IMG/VR virus record: IMGVR_UViG_3300028578_000003
Coordinates: 1 to 64,000 of that record
Length of the DNA: 64,000 nucleotides
Source: a virus
Direction: 5' to 3' (one strand)
A program made the position numbers and the translations under genes. Positions within the stretch are counted from its first letter, which is position 1, and the number at the start of each line of letters is the position of its first letter. Below are positions 58,251 through 64,000 of this stretch, in pieces. The notes under the pieces are model-generated. The model ran no database searches. It worked only from the letters and a program-made list of their open reading frames with translations, and had not been told where the DNA came from.

Positions 58251-59840
58251 GTGGAAAAGCCGCAACTCGCCGACGTTGAGCCGCTGCCGGTCCATGCGAC
58301 CAGGCGGCACCCGCTGACTGGCGAACCGATCCGGGCACTGGGCACGACCCGCAATGGGCGCCTGATGTGGCCGGTGATGGGTGGCAGTCAGCCGCTCGGT
58401 GGGCCGGCACCCGGCCCCGTCCAGCAGCAGCCGATGAGCGGCCAGGCCGTCGTTCCTCAGGTTCCGCTGCTGGGCGGCGCGCCGCTGCCGGCCTTCGCCG
58501 CCCCGCCGCAGCAGCAGCAGGTGGGCCCGCCGGGCACCTTCCAGCAGCAAGGCGTTCCGGTGCCGGTGTTCGGTCACCAGATCAATGGCCAGCCGGCCCC
58601 GCCGCCGCAGCAGATGTACGGCCAGGTGCCGCAGCAGATGTACGGCCAGCAGGTCGGGCAGCCGCAGCAGCCTTACGGGCAGCCGGCGTACGGGCAGCCG
58701 CCGTTGGTGTACGGGCAGCCCGGTACGACGTCGTCGTACACGCTGCCGGCCGGCGGGCAGCCGGCGTACGTGCCGGGACCGTTCGGCCAGCCGCCCCAGG
58801 CGCCGCCGGCGCCCGGGCAGCAGCCGGTGGCTCCAGTGAATGGTGGCCAGCCGGCGGGCCAGCAGCCCCCGGCCGGCGGGCAGCAGCCCACCGACGGTGC
58901 TTGGGACCGGCCGTACCCGCAAGGGGTGCCGCTGGACCAGATGACCGACCCGCAGAAGATCGAGTACTGGAAGTACCACTCGCGGCTGAACGAGAACCGG
59001 CTGCGCCAGTACGGCGACTACGAGCAGATCAAGGCCCATCGGGACCAGCTGCAGGCCATGACGGCGACCGAGTGGTCTCGCGCCGTGGAGGCCGCCAAGC
59101 AGCAGGGCCGCACGGAGGCGCTGGATCAGGCCTCCTCGCAGATGGTCGCGGTCGCGTTCCAGGGCGCGGCGTCCAACCGGATGTCGCCGGACCAGATCAC
59201 GGCACAGCTGAACGTGCTGGACCCGAAGCGGTTCGTCCACAACGGCAACGTGGACATCGCGTCGATCCAGGCGTACGTCGACATGATCGCGCCGCCGCGG
59301 CAGCCGGGTCTTGTGCCGATCTTGCCGCACCAGCAGCCCTACGGGCAGGCGCTGCCGTTGCAGCACGTCCAGGTGGGGCAGGCGTTGCAGCCGGGCCAGC
59401 TCGGATATGGGCAGCAGCCCACGTTCGGTCCGCTCGGCGCGGCGGCCGGCCAGCCCGGCTACGGGCAGGTGCCGCCTCAGTACGCGGGCCAGCAGCAGGT
59501 TCCGGGCTACGGCCAAGTCCCTGCCGGGTACGGGCAGGTGCCGCCCGGCCAGCCGGGCTATGCGCAGGTGCCGGCCGGTCAGCCCGGGTACGGGCAGGTC
59601 CCGATCCCGGGTGTGCCGCCGGTGTTCCAGCCGGCGGCGCCGGTACCGGTCCCGGTGGTCGGCATGGCTGGGCTGCACGGCCTGCCGACGATCAACGGCC
59701 TGCCCGCGGCGAGCGACTTCGGGCAGGGCCCAGCGGTCCTGGGGGCCCCGGCCAACCCGCAGCAGTCCGGCGCGGCGATGGCCGCGGCCCGGCACGGCAA
59801 GACGCGGTCGCAGCAGCTCGCGGAGACGCGCGGGGCCTGA
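58251..59840 (+). CDS. Capsid scaffolding protein with long Q/P/G/Y low-complexity arms
   Basis: Position before decoration and capsid; [10 protein letters not shown] helical core; WPVMGGS N-terminal motif. Confidence 0.8.
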   Translation: MEKPQLADVEPLPVHATRRHPLTGEPIRALGTTRNGRLMWPVMGGSQPLGGPAPGPVQQQPMSGQAVVPQVPLLGGAPLPAFAAPPQQQQVGPPGTFQQQGVPVPVFGHQINGQPAPPPQQMYGQVPQQMYGQQVGQPQQPYGQPAYGQPPLVYGQPGTTSSYTLPAGGQPAYVPGPFGQPPQAPPAPGQQPVAPVNGGQPAGQQPPAGGQQPTDGAWDRPYPQGVPLDQMTDPQKIEYWKYHSRLNENRLRQYGDYEQIKAHRDQLQAMTATEWSRAVEAAKQQGRTEALDQASSQMVAVAFQGAASNRMSPDQITAQLNVLDPKRFVHNGNVDIASIQAYVDMIAPPRQPGLVPILPHQQPYGQALPLQHVQVGQALQPGQLGYGQQPTFGPLGAAAGQPGYGQVPPQYAGQQQVPGYGQVPAGYGQVPPGQPGYAQVPAGQPGYGQVPIPGVPPVFQPAAPVPVPVVGMAGLHGLPTINGLPAASDFGQGPAVLGAPANPQQSGAAMAAARHGKTRSQQLAETRGA

Positions 59841-59910
59841 CGGCCCTCGCGTGGTGGTGCCGGCCCGACCTCCCATCCACATCGAGAGAAGGTAAGGAGC
59901 AGTACCCGCT

Positions 59911-60636
59911 ATGGACATTTCTGTCCGCAAGACCAGTCCACTCGTCGTGGAGGACCGGTCGTGGCTGGGGGACGTCGACGGCACGCAGGCGACGCGTCCC
60001 ATCACCCTGCACACGGCCAGCTTCGTCAAGGCGACCCACTTCCCCGACGGGGTCCTCAAGTCCGGGACGGTGGTGGCGCGGTACGAGTCCGGCGCCAACG
60101 TCGGGCTGTGGGCGCCGTACGCGGGCCGTACCTCCGAGGTGCAGTCGGTGACCATCACCGGCGGGCCGACCGGCGGCACGTTCACGCTGACGCTGTCTGG
60201 TGAGACGACGGCCGCGATCGCGTTCGACGCGACCGCGGCCACCGTCCGCGCGGCCCTGGAGGCGCTGCCCAGCGTCTCGGCCGGCGACGTCACGGTGACC
60301 GGCGCGGCCGGTGGCCCGTACACGGTGACGTTCGGTGGCACGTTCGCCGGCGCGAACGTGCCGGCGATGACCGCGTCGGGCGCTGGCCTGACCGGCGGTA
60401 GCACGCCGGGCGTCACCATCGCCACGCCGACCCCGGGTGGCTCGACCGCCACGAACGGGCTGGAGGTCCCCCGGGGCTTCCTGTTCAACAGCATCCAGAT
60501 GGCGGAGGGCGACGCGAACAAGGGCGCCCCGCTGATGGAGCGCGGCTTCATCCGGCCGGCGTACCTGCCCACCAACCACGGGCTGGACGCGGCGGCGCGG
60601 GCGCTGCTGGCCAACCACTTCATCTTCCGGGACTGA
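59911..60636 (+). CDS. Head decoration protein with inserted beta domain
   Basis: EDRSWL...ITL...HFPDGVLKSG...WAPY and GFLFN...G..RPAYLP flanking an EVQSVTITG...GGTFTL insert. Confidence 0.75.
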   Translation: MDISVRKTSPLVVEDRSWLGDVDGTQATRPITLHTASFVKATHFPDGVLKSGTVVARYESGANVGLWAPYAGRTSEVQSVTITGGPTGGTFTLTLSGETTAAIAFDATAATVRAALEALPSVSAGDVTVTGAAGGPYTVTFGGTFAGANVPAMTASGAGLTGGSTPGVTIATPTPGGSTATNGLEVPRGFLFNSIQMAEGDANKGAPLMERGFIRPAYLPTNHGLDAAARALLANHFIFRD

Positions 60637-60651
60637 GAGGAGTCAACGTCC

Positions 60652-61695
60652 ATGTACATCGATGACTACATCAGCCCCGCGGAGCTGACCTGGTACGCGC
60701 GGGAGCTGCCGACGCCGCAGCAGAACATCCTCGAGCGGTTCCTGCCGGACGTGCAGATCAACCACCTCGAGGCGGAGATCGGCGAGGTTCAGAAGACGAA
60801 CCGCGCGGCACACTTCCGCACATGGGACACGCCGGTGCAAATCGGAAAGCGCGACACATTTGAGACACGTCGCGTCAAGATCCCCCCCCTCGGGCAGACC
60901 CTTCCCGTAGGGGAGTACGAGCACCTGCAGCTCGCGCTCGCGCGCACGGGCGGCAACGACCGCGCCGCCATGATCGAGGAGATTTACAAGGATACGGACA
61001 ACAATGTCCGTTCTATCCACAATCGGATCGAGATCGCGCGCGGCGACGTCCTCATGGACGGCAAATTCACACTCGTCAATGAGGACGGTCTGACGCTGGA
61101 GGCCGACTTCGGCCTGCCCGTCGGCAACAGCGTCACCCCGTCCGGCCAGCTGTGGAGCCACGCCGACGCCAAGCCGCTCACCGACATGCGCGCGTGGATG
61201 CTCGCGTACGCCCAGCTGAACGGCAGCCGCCCCGGCTACGCGGTGATGGGCGAGGGGATCATCTCGGCGCTGGAGGCCAACGCGGAGGTCCGCCAGGCCG
61301 CCTCGTACGGCGGGAACATCCTGCTCCCGTTCGTCACCGACGCCGAACTCGCGGCGATCTGGTCGAAGAACCGGTTCCCCCCGATCGTGCCCTACGACAC
61401 GGTGATCGACTACAACGGCAGCAACAAGCGGGTGCTGGACGAGAACAAGATCCTGTTCCTGCCGGCCAACCCCCGTGACCTGGGCTTCACCGCCTGGGGC
61501 ATCACGGCTGAGGCGTTGGCCCTGATGGGCTCCAACAACCCGCAGATCACCTTCCAGCAGGCGCCCGGGATCGTGGCCGTGACCACGCGCCTGGGCAACC
61601 CGCCCCGCGTGTGGACCCAGGCCGGCGCGACGGCGATGCCGATGATCACCGACATTCGCAAGCTCATGGTGGCCGAGGTCCTGGCGGACGCCTGA
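60652..61695 (+). CDS. Major capsid protein (lambda gpE-like family)
   Basis: NILERFLP, RAAHFRTWD, IPPLG, RIEIARGDVLMDGK, DFG, W; position; GAGGAG RBS. Confidence 0.92.
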   Translation: MYIDDYISPAELTWYARELPTPQQNILERFLPDVQINHLEAEIGEVQKTNRAAHFRTWDTPVQIGKRDTFETRRVKIPPLGQTLPVGEYEHLQLALARTGGNDRAAMIEEIYKDTDNNVRSIHNRIEIARGDVLMDGKFTLVNEDGLTLEADFGLPVGNSVTPSGQLWSHADAKPLTDMRAWMLAYAQLNGSRPGYAVMGEGIISALEANAEVRQAASYGGNILLPFVTDAELAAIWSKNRFPPIVPYDTVIDYNGSNKRVLDENKILFLPANPRDLGFTAWGITAEALALMGSNNPQITFQQAPGIVAVTTRLGNPPRVWTQAGATAMPMITDIRKLMVAEVLADA

Positions 61696-61738
61696 GCCGG
61701 ACCCAGCCACCTGAACAGCGAGAACGAGGAGGAGATCG

Positions 61739-62086
61739 ATGGGCGGCACACTCGCGCGCACCATCTACCACGCCGGCCGCAAGTACCTGGCCGGCACGAC
61801 GTCCGAGGAGATCGGCGCCGTCGCCGCGGAGTTCGGCGACCACGTCTGGGAGGGCGGCCGCAAGCCGGACGACCTGCCCACGCCGGAGGACATCGAGCAG
61901 GGCCCCGCGGGGGGCGTGCTGGCGGGCTCACCGCCGGTGCCCTCGCCGACTGCGCTGCCCTCGCCGGCCGGGGCGCAGACCCTCGCCGGGGCCGCCGGAG
62001 CACCCGCGCCAGTGGTCGACGGCGGCACCGACGATCCAGCCAAGAAGGCGCCGCCGGCCAAGAAGGCCGCGCCGCCGGCGAAGTAG
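61739..62086 (+). CDS. Small head-associated protein
   Basis: Follows capsid; GAGGAG RBS; KKAPPAKK tail. Confidence 0.65.
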   Translation: MGGTLARTIYHAGRKYLAGTTSEEIGAVAAEFGDHVWEGGRKPDDLPTPEDIEQGPAGGVLAGSPPVPSPTALPSPAGAQTLAGAAGAPAPVVDGGTDDPAKKAPPAKKAAPPAK

Positions 62087-62096
62087 CACCGCATAC

Positions 62097-62137
62097 GGAT
62101 GTGATGTGCGCGGGCCCGGATCGGCCCGCGCACATCC
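62097..62137 (+). terminator. Hairpin after the capsid operon genes
   Basis: gatgtgcgcgggcc...ggcccgcgcacatc. Confidence 0.5.
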
Positions 62138-62174
62138 ATGTCTTCGCCCCACGCCGAAGAAGAGAAGGAAAGCC

Positions 62175-62489
62175 ATGGGTGTGTTCGTACTCGCCAACGA
62201 GTGCCGCTGGTATTGCCCCAACTGCCCTCAGACCGCCGTAACCCATGACGCCGAGCCACACACCCGATTCCACACCTGCGGCGGGTTGCGTGGTCTGACC
62301 GCGCCGATGGTGCGGGCCGGTGTGCGCTGCAAGGTCGAGGCGATGGATCGGCAGGACTACGTCGGTAAGGACCTGGTCCAGACCGACGCCTACGGCCGGC
62401 CGGTCATGTCCGTGGTGACCACCCGCGATGACGGCACCGACTGCGCGGTCTACGCCCCTACGGCGACACTGTCGCTACGGGATCTGTAA
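62175..62489 (+). CDS. Hypothetical protein with CxxC/HxC
   Basis: GAAGGA RBS; WYCPNC...FHTC. Confidence 0.65.
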   Translation: MGVFVLANECRWYCPNCPQTAVTHDAEPHTRFHTCGGLRGLTAPMVRAGVRCKVEAMDRQDYVGKDLVQTDAYGRPVMSVVTTRDDGTDCAVYAPTATLSLRDL

Positions 62490-62769
62490 AACGCGGCCAG
62501 CCCACGAATTCCACGGCCACCGGAAAGCACACGTGGGCGGTGTCCCCCGATGAAAGACCGCGCAGCTTCATCATGTCTTCGGCCGCCAGGTTCCACGGCG
62601 CGGTACCGACCAGTGCTCCGTCGCGATCGTGGATCCGCACCTCGCTCGCGGCCGGGAATTCGACCGGTGCGGCGAGCGGCCCCAACCAGAAGTTGATTAG
62701 TCCCTGCGCCAGGGTGATCCGCCCAATCGGGTAGATCCGCTCGTCAATTACCAACGTTCCGACTGACAC
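62458..62769 (-). CDS. Hypothetical protein (antisense)
   Basis: Fills the gap; protein-like composition. Confidence 0.45.
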   Translation of the reverse strand: MSVGTLVIDERIYPIGRITLAQGLINFWLGPLAAPVEFPAASEVRIHDRDGALVGTAPWNLAAEDMMKLRGLSSGDTAHVCFPVAVEFVGWPRFTDPVATVSP

Positions 62770-62818
62770 CCGTCAAGCCTACAAACCCGCGCGGGCGGGC
62801 GGACTTTTGGGGGTACCG

Positions 62819-63043
62819 ATGGATACAAGGATCGTGACCGGCGGGCCTATGTCGCCGGATCAGGAACAGGAACACCGGCAGCGGCAGCTCGAAACATATG
62901 TGGCCGAGGCGGACCAGGCCGTCCAGGTCATCCGGGAAAAGCTCGCCGGAATGCAGCAGGCCCTCGAGGCGGCCGAGACCGAGGCGCAGCGGCTACGCGC
63001 CGAGCTCGACCTGGTCCGCTCCGAACAGAAGGGCGGTCAGTGA
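62819..63043 (+). CDS. Small coiled-coil protein
   Basis: Heptad-rich Q/E/A sequence. Confidence 0.55.
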   Translation: MDTRIVTGGPMSPDQEQEHRQRQLETYVAEADQAVQVIREKLAGMQQALEAAETEAQRLRAELDLVRSEQKGGQ

Positions 63044-63044
63044 C

Positions 63045-63527
63045 ATGGCGTGGAGCGACAGCAGGATCTTCCGGGAATGGGCCGTCGGGCCGATGATGCA
63101 GGCGGCCGGCACCTCATACACCGGCCTCGACAGCGACACCGCTTCGGTGGCGCTGTTCAACAACAGCGTGACACCGGACCGGGACGCCGCGGTCGCGAAC
63201 ACCGGGTTCAACACCGGCACCTGGGTCACCGCCAACGAGGTGACCGACGCAACGAACTGGGTCTCCGGCGGCCGGAACCTGGCATCGAAGACATTCACCA
63301 CTCCCGCGACGGGTGTGGCGATGTTCGACGCCGCGGACCTGGCCGGCGGCGGCAACGTCACCCTCGCCGACGTGCACGGGTGCCTGGTGTACGACAACTC
63401 GATCACCGGCGGCACCGTGGCCGACCAGGGCGTCTGCTACAACTACTTCGGCGGTGCGCAGGCTGTCACCGCTGGCCAGTTCACGATCGTCTGGTCGGTG
63501 AACGGGATCAAGCGCATCACGGTGTGA
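63045..63527 (+). CDS. Virion structural protein
   Basis: LDSDT..VALF...NEV....W..GG..L....FDAAD...G.FTI.W pattern common in phage virion proteins. Confidence 0.7.
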   Translation: MAWSDSRIFREWAVGPMMQAAGTSYTGLDSDTASVALFNNSVTPDRDAAVANTGFNTGTWVTANEVTDATNWVSGGRNLASKTFTTPATGVAMFDAADLAGGGNVTLADVHGCLVYDNSITGGTVADQGVCYNYFGGAQAVTAGQFTIVWSVNGIKRITV

Positions 63528-63534
63528 TGCCGCC

Positions 63535-64000
63535 ATGCCTATCGCGATCGGGTACACAAGGCATTTCAACCCGGTGCTGGCCGTCAACCCGGCAGCTGGT
63601 CTGGCCACCGGTGTCGGCGCCGCTTACGGGGCATCGGCCGGCGACGGGGGGTGGCCCACCCCGACCACCGTCGGTGTTCCGTCCGGCGCCGAGCTGACCG
63701 ACTGGACGGGCGACACCGAGATCGGCCCCGGCACGTACGAGGGCATCCGCTTCCCTTTGCGGATGGGCATCTCGGCCGCGGCGACCACGTCAAGCTTCCC
63801 GACGTTCTCGTTCTGTCACTTCGAGCAGGGGTTGAACAATTTCGCGTCCGGCGGCGGCCGGCGTTTCTACGTCGCCGACTGCACGTTTGGCATGGATGAC
63901 TCCTGCTGGCCTGATTTTGTGTTGGGCTGCCAGGACTTCGACGCGGTTCGTTGCGCTGTTTACGGCTCGGACGGCGTGCGGTGGTCGCAGCACAACTGGG
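63535..64000 (+). CDS. Partial virion protein, possibly beta-helix/receptor-binding type (truncated by the window)
   Basis: Open from ATG 63535 to the end; WPTPTTVGVPSGAELT motif. Confidence 0.5.
   Translation, partial: MPIAIGYTRHFNPVLAVNPAAGLATGVGAAYGASAGDGGWPTPTTVGVPSGAELTDWTGDTEIGPGTYEGIRFPLRMGISAAATTSSFPTFSFCHFEQGLNNFASGGGRRFYVADCTFGMDDSCWPDFVLGCQDFDAVRCAVYGSDGVRWSQHNW

Larger units (their letters stand above)
1..64000. mobile_element. Actinobacterial tailed phage/prophage genome segment (early arm, control region, packaging and head module)
   Basis: Terminase, portal, MuF-like, scaffold, decoration and major capsid genes in canonical order; WhiB and many small overlapping ORFs; no host housekeeping genes; no integrase in the window. 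Confidence 0.95.

Noticed and set aside
58095-60659. 854-aa minus-strand ORF
   Set aside because: Antisense shadow of the scaffold and decoration genes.
1-64000. Integrase, att site, DNA polymerase or lysis cassette
   Set aside because: No such motifs were found in the window, so lifestyle and host genus cannot be fixed from this sequence alone.

Overview
High-GC actinobacterial tailed-phage or prophage DNA (WhiB, DUF3263 and actinophage-type terminase, portal and capsid genes). No integrase, host genes, tRNA or CRISPR were seen. Positions 1-41.2 kb are a mostly leftward early/accessory arm of tightly packed small genes, including four DNA methyltransferase-domain proteins (C5, two amino-MTases, a DarB-like MTase-SNF2 helicase), WhiB, a MazG-like protein and NlpC/P60. 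Positions 41.25-43.1 kb are a non-coding control region. Positions 43.1-64 kb run rightward: DUF2829/Tad2-like protein, HNH, Ntn-protease, terminase, portal, MuF-like protein, scaffold, decoration protein, major capsid and virion genes. Main observations: (1) The terminase large subunit Walker A (PKG|CDKS) is interrupted by a 50-nt frame-breaking insert, a 20-bp GCAA-capped hairpin with matched GGC codons 50 nt apart, which is a candidate programmed ribosomal bypass. (2) A ~1.4-kb structured leader RNA carries eight UCUGA-capped hairpins on different stems. (3) A 14-aa terminal tag (LDMxALxxAVDAAL) is shared by unrelated proteins, including three MTases. (4) Eight conserved intergenic RNA stem-loops. 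(5) A 14-bp operator in eight copies, six of them within or abutting sigma70-type promoters. All family calls are by motif recognition only; no searches were run.
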